DNA from: the human T2T-CHM13v2.0 reference genome, Homo sapiens
Strand: one strand, 5' to 3'
Assembly: GCF_009914755.1 (NCBI RefSeq)
Contig: NC_060935.1
DNA: 64,000 bases
Part shown: positions 1-11,195 of the stretch, in pieces
Position numbering within the stretch: the stretch's first letter is position 1
Layout of the letters: the number at the start of each line of letters is the position of its first letter
Translations under genes and position numbers: made by a program
Notes under the pieces: generated by a model
The model's database searches: none
What the model saw: only the letters and a program-made list of their open reading frames with translations
What the model was told of the DNA's origin: nothing

Positions 1-182
1 GTCCTCCCTGAGCCCCCATTACCTGTCTTCTCCAATCTTTTCGGGACCCACCTTGGCTATCCTTCCTCTGCTGAGCTTCCCCTAGCCTGCCAGGATGATT
101 AGTTGCTCCCGCCTATGCCACCATAGCTCCCTGCTCCCCGAAAACATCGTATAATTGGCCTCTACTGGTCGTCTTGGTGTAT

Positions 183-188
183 TTTATT
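183..188 (-). other. Candidate intronic polyadenylation signal AATAAA
   Basis: Plus-strand TTTATT, ~600 nt downstream of the read-through stop. Confidence 0.3.
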
Positions 189-239
189 TCTATTTGCAAC
201 TGTACTATAGGGCTGGCCATATAGTATTTGATAAGTGAA

Positions 240-293
240 CAAATGAGTGAATGGATGAATGATGAGTGAATGAATGAATGAATGAATGAATGA
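240..293. repeat. (GAAT)n microsatellite, probable L2 tail
   Basis: tgaatgaatgaatg run. Confidence 0.8.
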
Positions 294-469
294 AGTCTTC
301 TTTGACGTCCCCTGTCCACAGTGATCTTCTGAGAACCTCTGCAGCATTTCCTTTGTGTAGCCTCCTTTGGTCCTTAGCAACAACGTTGTAGCAATTAGTT
401 GTTTGAATGTGTACTCAGCTTAAGTTCTCGACTGCAGGGTAAGCAATTTGCCAGTCTAGAGCCAGGTGG

Positions 470-700
470 GGAGACATTGCTTGGGAATCAGATCGACCTG
501 GTTCCAATCCCAGAGCTACCACCTATTACTTGTGGCCTCAGGTAATTATCTCTCTGTAAAGCTCCATTTCCTCATATGTCAAATGAAGTTAATAATAGTG
601 CCTGCTCCACAGGGTTGGTTGTGAAGAGTAAATGAAATCATATGTGTGAAATGCCTACCATAGCGTTTGGCCCCTAGGTGCTCAGTTAATACCAGTGAAA
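470..700 (+). mobile_element. MIR SINE
   Basis: Core-like cctggttccaatccc...tttcctcatatgtcaaatg...gttgtgaagagtaaatga. Confidence 0.65.
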
Positions 701-789
701 GAATTCAATCTATTGATTAAGATCAGTACCCAAGCCCTGACTCCGTCATCAATTTGTAATGTGAGATGTGTCATTTGGAGCAAACTTAT

Positions 790-983
790 TTATAACCCTT
801 GGGCTTCAGTTTCCCTAATTATAAAACAGAAGTGTTCCATGTAAGGATCTTTAAGAGTCTTTGACTTCTGCCCTGCAGAAGCTTTGGGGCCCGGATATGA
901 GTTGACAGATGCTGACAAGTGCGAGGGCTGCAGAGGGTGCTGGGGCTGGGGGGCAGGAGAGCGGGGAGTGCAGATTCCCTCAC
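790..983 (-). CDS. TMPRSS13: Read-through extension of exon 9 into intron 9 (alternative C-terminus GEGICTP...ETEAQGL*), truncated isoform lacking the catalytic Ser
   Basis: The frame stays open past the donor to TAA at 792-790 (ORF 790..1125). Predicted 486 aa; resembles a recalled short TMPRSS13 isoform. Confidence 0.55.
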
Positions 984-1156
984 CGGACAGGGTCAGGGGC
1001 TTGGACAGCCGCATGAGGGCGATGTCATAGTCGTCCTCCTCATCGGTGTAATTGCTGTTGATGATGATCTCGGCAATGGAGGCTGCCTCAGGCAACTGGT
1101 GCAGGTTGCTGGTGCCCGCGTACACCTTCCAGCCCTCCAGGACCTTCTCCCGGGTC
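984..1156 (-). CDS. TMPRSS13: TMPRSS13 exon 9: catalytic Asp (YTDEEDDYDIALMRL)
   Basis: gcag|GA acceptor and G|gtgagg donor; 173 nt, phase 2 to 1; DIALMRL motif. Later exons lie outside the window. Confidence 0.96.
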
Positions 1157-2177
1157 CTGCAAGAGCCACAAAGGAGCGTGGTCCAGTACCTGCCTGGCAG
1201 CGTTCACTGGCAGCCCCTGCTACCTACAGGGAGCCACAGTCAGAGCACCAGCTTGGAGGCAGGAGGATAGATAAAATGACCTCTGGAGGGAACCCTCTAT
1301 CTTATCCCTGGAGTCCAAAGCAATCCCCCACAGCCCCTCAAAAATTATGAGCTTGCAGCTCTGCACCTTACAGTAATAAAGAGGGAAGGATGAGTAAGAC
1401 CTCTGTGTGGCACTCCCCCCCCACTATCTCCTCTGCAAGTCACCAAGGATCAAATAGGAGACTTTGACTTCTGCCATGCTGAAACTCTGGGGCCTCGATA
1501 TGAACTGACAGATGCTGACAAGTCACAGGGCTGCAGAAGGTGCTGGGACTAGGGATGGGGACACAGATTCACTCACCAGACAGGGTCAAGGGCTTGTACT
1601 GATAAGATCTCAGTATTATTACCCTCAGCAAATTCAGACAGGACAAAGTAACACACTGAACTCATTACTAGGGAGGCCAGTGCCCCTGAGGCCTGGTCCC
1701 AGAGCTCTTTCCTGCCCACCAGCCTGGGCTGTGGGCCCCCAAAGACACTAGACCAGCTGGTGACCGTTAGCAGCTGATACAGTGCCCTGCCTGCAATCCC
1801 TAACCCTCAATTTCTGGGATAACTAGGGGCTCCTCTGCTATGAGTTCCATTTGCAGGAAGCAGCAACAAACCCAACGCCTTTTTCATTTCACCCTGTTCT
1901 TCAGGGGCAGGCTCCCAGTCCCTCTTCCTGCCTGCCTCTCTCCCCCTTGGGGCCGTCAATGGGACTTTCTCATCCTTGGGCCTAGCTCGGAACAAACACC
2001 CCCGACCCACACTCTCAGGACCAGGTGAACACCCAAGCTACACCAGTGCCAACTGGCCCATGGGGGCTGGACTCACACCCAGAATCCTCCTCCACGAAGA
2101 AGTCAGTCTGCAGCCAGCCCTTCCTGGTGGTTCCCGACCCTGGGCAGTGTCAAATCACCTGCCTCTCAGGCACTTAC

Positions 2178-2340
2178 ACGAAGAAGCAGTGGGCGGCAGT
2201 GAGCACCCACTGGGCGTCAATGAGCGTGCCTCCACAGATGTGGGTGGTGCCGAAGTGCAGACTCACTTGCCAAGGCCACTTGCTATCCGAGGCCAGCGCC
2301 CCTCCCACGATCCGCCCGGTCATGGCCCTCAGTCCGCAGT
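2178..2340 (-). CDS. TMPRSS13: TMPRSS13 exon 8: activation site (RAMTGR|IVGG) and catalytic His (TAAHC)
   Basis: ccag|AC acceptor and GT|gtaagt donor; 163 nt; S1 peptidase motifs IVGG, WPWQVSL, CGG and LTAAHC. Summed exon lengths place the scissile Arg at residue 320. Confidence 0.97.
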
Positions 2341-3078
2341 CTGGAGGGAAGGAGTAGACGTACTGTGAACCCTGTTTCTCCCAGGGTTCTTTCCGAGCTC
2401 CTGATCAGGATGCCTCTGCTGTGCTCCCAGGGCCAGGACAGGCTCAGGCAGCCCCATCCTGAAGGGCACCCACCCTTCCATGGACGGGCTTTGCTCCCTT
2501 ATCTGCTACACACAGCAGTTTCTGTGAGAGCAGAGCCACCACATGGTGGGGTGGCTTTCTGGGATCATTCCGCGGGAAGTTTGACCCCAGGCAGGTTCCT
2601 CTTTCTTCTCCTTCACTCATTCTTTCATTGACTTGACAAATCCTTTTGGAGTGTCCCAAGCTTTGGGCACTGTGTCGGGCATTGGGGTCATGATGGTAAG
2701 TCCCAGGACTGCCATTAGGTGCACAGGAATGCAGACCAGTTCTAATGTGACCCTGAATTGACAAGCATTATAATGAGGGTCTCTATTGTTTCTAAACATA
2801 GGAAGAATACACTTCCCCTGATGCACAGAAGACTCAGACAGCTTCCTTGGAATAAAAGGTTGCTGGGCTGAGCCCCTACCAGAGTCAGGAGAAGGGGAAA
2901 TGTTACCCTGGGTGTACCGGTGCCTTACAGGGACTCCAGCCCTGAAGCAGGCCTGCTGGCTAAGACACTGTTCCTGACTTGAACCCCTGTGCCAAACACC
3001 TCCCTTGGAGGAGTGCTGCCCCTCTGCCCTTTACTCCCACACGACACTGGCCACAATCCAAGAAGAAGAACATCTTAC

Positions 3079-3122
3079 GGGAACACTGGAGGGAGATATA
3101 CCGCTGGGAAGGGCATTCAGAC
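3079..3122 (-). CDS. TMPRSS13: TMPRSS13 exon 7: SRCR end (SECPSQRYISLQCS)
   Basis: ctgcag|GT acceptor and C|gtaag donor; 44 nt, phase 2 to 1. Confidence 0.95.
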
Positions 3123-4139
3123 CTGCAGGGGGAGACACAGAAAGTGGGAAAAGGGCACATTAGCTACCTCCTCCAGGAAGCCTTCCTGATTGACTCCTGC
3201 TCAGTTCCTATCCTGTTTCCAAGGAAGCTACCCTTTGTACAGGAAGCAGGAGATTCTGAGCTTCCCCTTTCCCCATGTGACATTGTCCCTTCCAGTGCTT
3301 TGTCCAGAATCGGAGTGGCTCAGTGCAAACCATCTCCACTCTCATCCCCTCAACTAGTTTCCTTGTGGCACATTGCAGACATTGGCCCAGATCCATGTTC
3401 TTCGAACTTAGGACTTCATTGTCGCAGCATCTTTTCACAACTAAACAGGTGGTCTGGTGCTCCTCTGACACAGTTCCTCAACGCAGATGCAGAAACCACG
3501 CAGCACAGAGCTGGCATCCAGCTGCAGCAAATTCACATCCCTTCCCTCACCATTACTTCTCTTGGAGCCTGGCTTCTTCTCTCCCCTCCGTAGGGCAAAC
3601 AATGCTAGCTGGCAGAGACCCCAAACCTCTGATGCTTCCCACGTGGCCCTCCCTGTCCCTGATGCCTGCACCTGGCGGTCCCCTACTGCTGCCTGTCTAC
3701 CCTGTCCCCTAACTGCACTGGTGGAGAGAGCAGAGAACGGGCCGAGTAGAGGAGCGGCATGTGCAAAGTGTCATGCCAGGGTGTCAGTGGTGCTTCTCCC
3801 CCACCAATCCAGGTCCACTCCCTGCAGCAGCTCTCAGTCCAAACACCTGGCCGACTGGTGGTCCCAAGGTTCATGAATTGCCTCTGACGACCTGATAAAC
3901 TCTCAGGGGCACCCCTGGTCTCCAGTTGTCCTCAGCACCGAGCCTCAGATAAGAATTCTTAAGTCAGAAGGCAGTTTGGTGAATAAGGACTATTTCCAAG
4001 ATGCCCCTGAACACTCATGGTGGACTCCTGGAGGCTGGATACTAGAAAAGCCAGTGAAGGGGGCTCCCTGACTCAAAGACCCTCTCCTACCCACTCCTTC
4101 CCCTGCTCACAAACAGGCAGCCTGCCTGCCCCACCATAC

Positions 4140-4232
4140 CTGTGGAGGCTTTCCTGGATGGTGGAGTTGTATCTCAAGATTGAGAAGCTGTTGGCAAAAT
4201 CCCTGTGGGCAACCTCGGTTGTCCGGTGAGCA
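4140..4232 (-). CDS. TMPRSS13: TMPRSS13 exon 6: SRCR part 2 (SAHRTTEVAHRDFANSFSILRYNSTIQESLHR)
   Basis: tgtag|TG acceptor and AG|gtatg donor; 93 nt, phase 2-2; seen in ORF 4073..4282(-). Confidence 0.95.
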
Positions 4233-4469
4233 CTACAAGGGAGCAGAGGGGAGAAGAATGAGCCCCCTGGAGACAGAGTCATCCCAAGTCCTCCGGCAGG
4301 CTAGAGCCCCACCAGCCCTGCCGACAGAGGCCAGACTGTGATGGTCTGAATGGTGGCCAACTCCTCCAAGCAGCAGCTAAGCCCCAATAAAGTGCAGCCC
4401 CACCCACATGCTCCACCACTGCCCCTTATCTCCCCCAACTCCCCTCCAAGATCCCCAGCCCTATGCACT

Positions 4470-4890
4470 ACCCAGCATTTCTCATGGTGGAGACTGGTAG
4501 CATTAGCATTGCCTGGGAAGTTATTAATATTAGCAATGCTTCTGAATCAGAAGCTCTGGGTGTGGGCCCAGCGATCACCATTTTAACAGGTTCTCTAGTG
4601 ATGCTGATGCACACTCAAGTTTGAGAAACACCAATCTTGCCCTTTTCTACCCAAACTGTCATCTGTGAATAAGCAGCAGCAGCAACCCCCCCAGACCTAC
4701 TGAATAAGAATCTGCATTTTAAAGAATCCCAGGTTACTGATCTGTACATTAAAGCGTGAGAAGCTCTGGGCAAGCCCACTGGATCTTAGAACACAGCGTG
4801 CCTAAGAATCACCTTGGGATGTTTGCTGAGCAGGTTCTAAGTCCTAATCCCAGAGATTCTGATTCCAAGATGCATTTTCACAAGCACGGC
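4470..4890. mobile_element. Cluster of about three MER5-type (hAT-Charlie) MITE relics
   Basis: Repeated gaatcagaa/ctgcatttt...tgattctaatg and ...agtttgagaa terminal motifs. Confidence 0.6.
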
Positions 4891-6148
4891 GGGTGATTCT
4901 AATGTGTTCTACTCTCTGCATGGAACATATGTATATTTCTAGAACATGGTACACCCCTGCGTGACGCCCTGGCATGACACTTAGCACACGCTGCTCCTCT
5001 ACTCAGAGGGCCCATTCTCTGCTCTCTCCACCAGTGCAGTTAGGCACCCTCTCCACTGTATGCCCTTAGTGCTTCACCCACATCCTCATCATTACATGTC
5101 ACATCGTGCTGTGGTTATTGGTTTAAGTCTCTCTCACTGAGCCACACTAGAGGTCCTTCAAGGCTGGGCTCCTGTCTTATTCCTTTGTGTCCAGGTACTA
5201 CACAGTATCTAGCACACGATAAAAGCTCAATGAATATTCTTTGAATAAGTGACATTCAAAGACCTGAATACCTAAAGGAGGTTCAGGCTTGCATAAGGCC
5301 ACACAACTCATAAAAGATGCCCATGGTCTTCCATCTGCATTACTACCATCCCCCTTTCATGGATCTGGACAGGCTGAGGTGGGGTGGAGAACATGTTCTA
5401 AATCCTAACACCCCACCCCAGGTGTTTTTGGTGCTTCTTCTGTAGAGAACCCACAGTGAGATCTTAAACTCCTCTCCCCACAACCTCACACACACTGATA
5501 AACCCAAGACTACCCATCTGGAAAACTCAGTCCAAGAGGGAGGATGGAGATGCGTGTCTGGGCTGAAAATCAGACACTTCTTCAAGTGGAAGGTCATTGC
5601 TCACCTACTTCCTCCTCTACCTGTTAGCACTGCCTGATTTGTTTAAAATCTTTAGAGCCAAAGACCCTTATGATTCTGCCTAGCCTCACCTGCCCCATTT
5701 CATTCTCCATTTGATGAGGTCTGGCTCAAGACACAGTAGCTATAGCTCAAAGTCCATTGAAAGGCTTTGCACAACCTGAGCTTCTAGTTCCCAGATATAA
5801 GAAGAAAAGATCTGCCCAAATGCCTGCCCAAGTCGTAGGGCCACCACCACGATCAGTGAATGTGATAATGGATGTGAGCGTGCTTTGATGCAAAGAACCA
5901 TCTAGGAGTCTGATACTATTGCAGATCTATACATCATTATGTTGGCCTCATGAAAACAATCTGCTCCAGACTCATAGGATCTCAGGGCCTCTGACTCTGA
6001 ACACCTCGAGGGTGTCCAGAGCTAGTGAGATCAGCCCCGGTCCCCAAGGGTCTTTTTAATATAATGTTTCTGCAACATGCTTGAGACACCCTATGAAGAG
6101 CCTGAGACATCCCTGAAGCCTGGACTCTGGGGCCAGGTTGGGGGTTAC

Positions 6149-6278
6149 CTCTCGAAACCCAGCTGCTGGCAGGTCTTCTCTGAGTAGGAGTCATTCCAGT
6201 TGCTGCTACAGATGGGAAGCCACTGATGGGAGGACCCAGAGTAGATTTTAAGCAGAGACTTGTCCCAGTCAAACCTCA
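6149..6278 (-). CDS. TMPRSS13: TMPRSS13 exon 5: SRCR domain part 1 (VRFDWDKSLLKIYSGSSHQWLPICSSNWNDSYSEKTCQQLGFE)
   Basis: ctgcag|TG acceptor and AG|gtaac donor; 130 nt, phase 1 to 2; SRCR motifs W.PIC..NW and C.QLG. Confidence 0.95.
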
Positions 6279-6572
6279 CTGCAGGGCAAGAAAAAGGCAG
6301 AGCAGGTCCTCAGCACCTAGGAAGCATCAAGCTCTTGGGGGATGAGCTGAGTGAGGCTTTGAGAAAGCGCCTGTCCTGACAGCACTCCTTGCTGAGGCCT
6401 GGGAAAAGTCCAGGAACATGGCCTGGGTCATGGGGGTTAACCAGTACTCAGAAGCCCAGGATGCCTAGCATGGACAGAGCCAATGCAAAGTCACTAGAGT
6501 GCTACAGACTGATGCAAACTGTGTATCAGCTCAAATGGGAGGCAATGGACAGGGAATCATTGGGTCTGGATT

Positions 6573-6740
6573 ACATACATGCACACATGCACACACACAT
6601 ACGTGCACACACACATACATGCATACACACAAACATGCACATACACACACATGCACGCACACATATACACACACAGGCATGCATACACACACACATATAC
6701 AAACAGGCACACAAACACATGCACATGCACACGCACGCGC
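6573..6740. repeat. Degenerate (CA)/(CATG/CATA) purine-pyrimidine repeat
   Basis: About 170 bp of cacatgcacacacacatac-type sequence. Confidence 0.9.
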
Positions 6741-6763
6741 TCCCCCGCACCCAGCCTCCTTAC

Positions 6764-6886
6764 CGCAGCCCAGCTCGTCACTCTTCAGCTTGCAGTCCAC
6801 CACCCCGTCACAGCGAACAGCGTGCTTGGGACAGCTCTCCCTCTGCTCCTTGTACCTGATCCCTGTGTGGCCCTGCCAGAACTGGA
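6764..6886 (-). CDS. TMPRSS13: TMPRSS13 exon 4: LDL-receptor class A module (CDGVVDCKLKSDELGC)
   Basis: ctag|TC acceptor and G|gtaag donor; 123 nt, phase 1-1; LDLa CDG..DC...SDE..C motif. Confidence 0.96.
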
Positions 6887-7117
6887 CTAGAGAAAAAGAA
6901 GCAGACAGCTGGGTCATGGCCAGCCCCACTGAGATGAGACACTGAGCAGCCCAAGGACCTGGGGGTTCTGAGACACCGACCTGCAATCCCTCTTGAACTC
7001 TGGGGCTCTCATCCCCCATCTGTATGGAGAGAAAGGCTGCTCAGGAATGCTCCAGAATGCTCCAGAAAGCTCCTGCAAGCAGGGCAGCACCAGGCAGATT
7101 CAAGCAGCCAGCCACCC

Positions 7118-7148
<31 letters not shown>

Positions 7149-9541
7149 GAGTGCTGTGGAGATGGGGACCACCTTGGGAACTCCCCTCCCTACATGCTGG
7201 CCAACATAGTGGCCAGAGAAACCACCTCCTCCAGTATCCCAGAGCTTCCCTCTCAGAACCCCTCTGCCATCCCATCTTCTCTGTGCTCCGCAGGGTCACA
7301 GCAGATAAATTTCTGTCCTCACAGTCACACAGGCAACCACCGTCTGTCTGTTCTCAAAGGCGACCATCCTTCCAGCCTCAAAAGCTCCTAGGTTTTTTGC
7401 TTCTCCCTCTCCCCTGCGCAAGGGACACCTCTATGCTCAGTTCTTTCCCCATGACTTGTCTTTATGCCTTTAAATGTCTTTTCAATCAACCAGCAATTCT
7501 AGGTGGCTGATTCCCACATATACAAGTTGGGGCTAAAAGAAAACAGCTTTACAAGCCATATGTGCAAATCTGCTTCACGACTTCCTCCCTCTCTAACAGC
7601 AATCTCTTTCCAAACCAGGGGCTGTGGGCCCTCCTGCCTGGAGGCACCTCCCCTTGGCTGCCTCACAGACCCGGGTTCTAACTTCTCACCCTGCCGCTCC
7701 TCCTCCACCAGCTCCTCAGCCCCACCCCTTGCTTCTCCTCCGGGGCCCACTGTGCTCTCCATCACCCAGGGTAAAGGCCGCCCGGGTGTGACTGCTCCTT
7801 CCAGGTCCAGACACAAATCCCTCCTAATCTCTTGGGCTGGCCCCTCCTCTCTGTGCCCTGGTCTTCCTCCCATATCCTGGGCACTCAACCCCCGGGGAAC
7901 CCTGGGCAGTCTCCCCTGGAGTGCTCATGGAGCCCCACGTGGATGTGTAGTGGAGAGGGTACTGGGCCGGGTTGGGAGTCAGGAGGCCTGGGCTCTAGTC
8001 CTGACCCCACCAGGTAGCTGCTTGGTGACCTGCACAAGTCAAGCCACCTCCTTAGCCCTGGAGGTCTAGAGGCCTCCCTGGCAGAGCTTTTGGGAACTTC
8101 AGGAAATGCTGTGAAACCACGCTGAGAGCTTTAGTTCTATTCTGTGAGCCCACCCGTGGGTGCCATCTCGCCCCTCCATGGGTTAGTCCTGTGGCTTTCA
8201 TGGAGCAGGGTGCCCTGTAGTGGGAAAGGGAGGGAGGGCAGGGCAGCAAGTCACAGCAGGCACCATGCCGAGGCCTTTATGTGCATTATGACAAAGACCA
8301 CCCCACCCAGTCAGACTGGTGGGGAAACTGAGGCTCAGAATGTTAATGGACTTGTCGAATTCACACAGCCTGTCGGTGGCAGAGCCAGGGTCTGTGTGGC
8401 ACTAAAGCCTGCTCTGCCAGCACACTGCCCCTCCCTCAGAATCCCCTTCAGCAGCCCTGCCAGCAGACGTTTCCACACGCTGGTCCACTCCACCCTTCAC
8501 CACTGGTGCTGCCTCTTTAACAGAATCCTTACTCTTTGGCCTGGGGTTTAAAGCTCTCTACAGCATGGCCCAGCCTTGCTGAACCAAACAGACGGCCCCA
8601 GGTCCCTGATAGTTCCTTCTCCACTTTGGTTAGGCGGGTCCCTTCCTCTCCCCCATGCTGTCCTTGCCACCTGGTTTCCCACATTTTCTGTGGCTGCTCA
8701 TTCGCTCAGATGCCCTGCTGGGCATAATTGCTGTCCCACCTTCCAGGTCTTCATCTGGCCCCACAGCTGTAAGAAGCTATCCCCTGCATCCAACCCACAC
8801 AGCTGTCATCCCCTCCTCATAGTCACACTCAAATGCATTTGCCCTTCAAAATTTCCAGCTATTCCCCCAGGAGACTGTAATCTCTCTGAGGACAGGACAG
8901 AATAATGTACATGCACATTTGCGCTGCCTAAAGTTTCCCACTGTGCTGGGCTCATAGTGGACCTCTGAGCAGAGAGCCCTGGGGCATGCCTGGGTATCTT
9001 TGCTGAAGAGAATGGGCCTGAACCCCTGAATGCTGAACACGTCATCCCATTGACTGAATATCCTTGACAGACTTTTTCCAATCAGTGTTTTCATGTGTGT
9101 TTTTTTAATAGCTAGTATTTGTAGATTTTGTTCCAGGAATTGTGCTGTTGTCTTATTTATTCCTCATAATCTAGTGAAGTTGGAATGAGAACTTACGGGA
9201 CACATAGTAATGAAATGGGTGAATGAATTTTGTCCCATCTGAAGATGCAGAAACTGAGCTCAGGGTGGTTAACTAACTTGCCCAAGTAAGCTGCATAGTA
9301 AGTGGCACAGATGAGAGCCAAGCTCAGGTTCCTCTGACTTCCACACTGTTAACCTGGATACCCCACAGGGGCCCCGGGGGCAGCACAGTCCAAGGCCATT
9401 TGCAGGAGTGTCCCTCTCTGGACACAGTAGCCGGGTGAGTGGGTGCTCCCCACACCTGTCTCCCCTGCCTGCCCCCATCCCTGGGTCCCACTCTGCCCAG
9501 CAGTGCCCAGAACCCACCCCTGCACCCTCCATTCAACTCAC

Positions 9542-9646
9542 AGAGGATGATGAGCGAAACCACCAGGGCAATGAGGAGGAGCACGCACCCGATGAGCGGT
9601 AGCTGCTTCTGGCCCTCCCGCCAGGTGAACTTGGGCAGGCTCGTAC
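9542..9646 (-). CDS. TMPRSS13: TMPRSS13 exon 3: type II signal-anchor TM helix (LPLIGCVLLLIALVVSLIIL)
   Basis: ctag|GT acceptor and T|gtgagt donor; 105 nt, symmetric phase 1-1; hydrophobic stretch in ORF 9324..9839(-). Confidence 0.96.
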
Positions 9647-10780
9647 CTAGGAGCAGGGCGGCAGCAGGGGAATATGAGGCTGGAGAGGAGTCCGACGAGA
9701 TGGAGAGGGTGGGGGAAACAAGACTGTGGCCCAGGAGGGCCCCGTGAGGACCACTCCACCCCAGAAGTTGGAATGAGATTTTATGGGGCTCAAAGTCAAT
9801 TGAATGAATGAATGAATTTTGTCCCATCTGAAAATGCAAAAACTGAGCTCCCCCTGCCTGGCACCAGCAGCGATCTTTTACTGTGCTCTCCTCTGGGCCA
9901 GCCAGGCACTTTGCCTGTGTTAATTCTCACAGCAACCTCATGAGCAGAGTCTTATTAGGCCCCTTTCTACAGATGGGGAAACTGAGGTTCGTGGAAGTGA
10001 AATCACTTGCCCAGGGTTACTTGGTGAGTTAGTGGCAGAGTAGGGATTCCAGTGCAGTGGGTCTGATACCAAAGCACTTCACCCACCCTGGAGAGGGCAA
10101 GGCTGTGGGATGGGCCCCAAACTTCGAGTGATCCTCCAAAGCCACGTATCATCCAGGCCTGTGTGTATTGTGGTGGTGGGGACAGTCTGAATTCTGGGAT
10201 GGGAGGAGGGCAGCATCGGAGTGGGCAGGAACACTGATTCCTTAAGGGAAGACCCAGTCCCCAAGGCCTATTCAACCTCTCTGACTCCCTAGTAGCTAAA
10301 CCACACAACCCACAATTTGGAAGGCTGGGGATGGACTTGCACACCTGGTCAGAATCTCTCCTTTTCCTCCCCCACCCACAGATGGGCCCACTGATCATGA
10401 CCTTGCTCCACTGCAGACCCCAGCTTCTTAGGCAGACCCACAGGACAGCACAAGGAGAGAACCCTGTGACTAACTGGGAGACCTTGCTATTGAAACCGGT
10501 GCTCTGACCTGGGTTGTGCAGACTCCAGGGTGACAAGCTGCTTTGTTAGTCCTGGCTTCTTATCACCTACCCCCTTTGCCCCTCATTTTCCACTGTCTCA
10601 GGTTTTCATGTAATGTTTCCTTTTTGCCTCCACCCTCAGGTCCCTCACTTCCCACCCCCCTACCTCCCCTTCCCCGCATCGTTGTCTGCTATGAGAGCAG
10701 AGCACACTGGCTCTGAGATTTCCTCCCTGCCCATGGGCTGCTTCCCATCTCTCGTGGCTTCCCTACAGCATCCCCCTTAC

Positions 10781-11195
10781 CTGGGCTCTCCCTGGTGGCC
10801 CTGGTTGCTGGTGCTGACCTGGCAGGAGATGATCGGATGGGTACAGCCCCCACTGGTGTTGCTCTAACAAGGTACACTCTGGTTGGGGAGGTTGTCACCG
10901 AGGCTGACCTGGCGGATGATGACCTGCCGGATGAGGACCTGGAAAGTGATGCCAGAGCCGGAGATGCCCGGGCTGGAGATGCCTGGGCTGGAGATGCCCG
11001 GCCTGGAGATGCCCGGCCTGGAGGTGTACCAGCTGGAGATGCCTGGGCTGGAGATGCCCGGCCCGGAGGTGTCCCAGCTGGAGATGCCTGGGCTGGAGAT
11101 GCCTGGGCTGGAGATGCCCGGCCTGGAGGTGTCCCAGCTGGAGATGCCTGGGCTGGAGATGCTCCAGCTGAAGGTGTTCTTGCTGGAGATGCATT
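10781..11195 (-). CDS. TMPRSS13: TMPRSS13 exon 2: Ser/Pro/Ala/Arg-rich cytoplasmic tail with pentapeptide repeats (QASPA/RASPA/GTPPG)
   Basis: ttcag|AATGCA acceptor and CCAG|gtaag donor; 415 nt, phase 0 to 1; translation seen in ORF 10689..11240(-). Confidence 0.96.
10959..11192 (-). repeat. Coding 15-bp tandem repeat of exon 2
   Basis: Plus-strand gctggagatgcctgg-type units, period 15. Confidence 0.95.

Noticed and set aside
1-789. Possible TMPRSS13 exon 10 (HIHPACLP...)
   Set aside because: No such coding sequence found in this interval; it must lie left of the window.
6389-7019. His/Thr- and Cys/Val-rich ORFs
   Set aside because: Translations of the CA/TG repeat; only the exon 4 portion is coding.
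843-9850. Similar ~600-bp spacing of the two intragenic duplications
   Set aside because: Only two cases with unrelated sequences; most likely coincidence.
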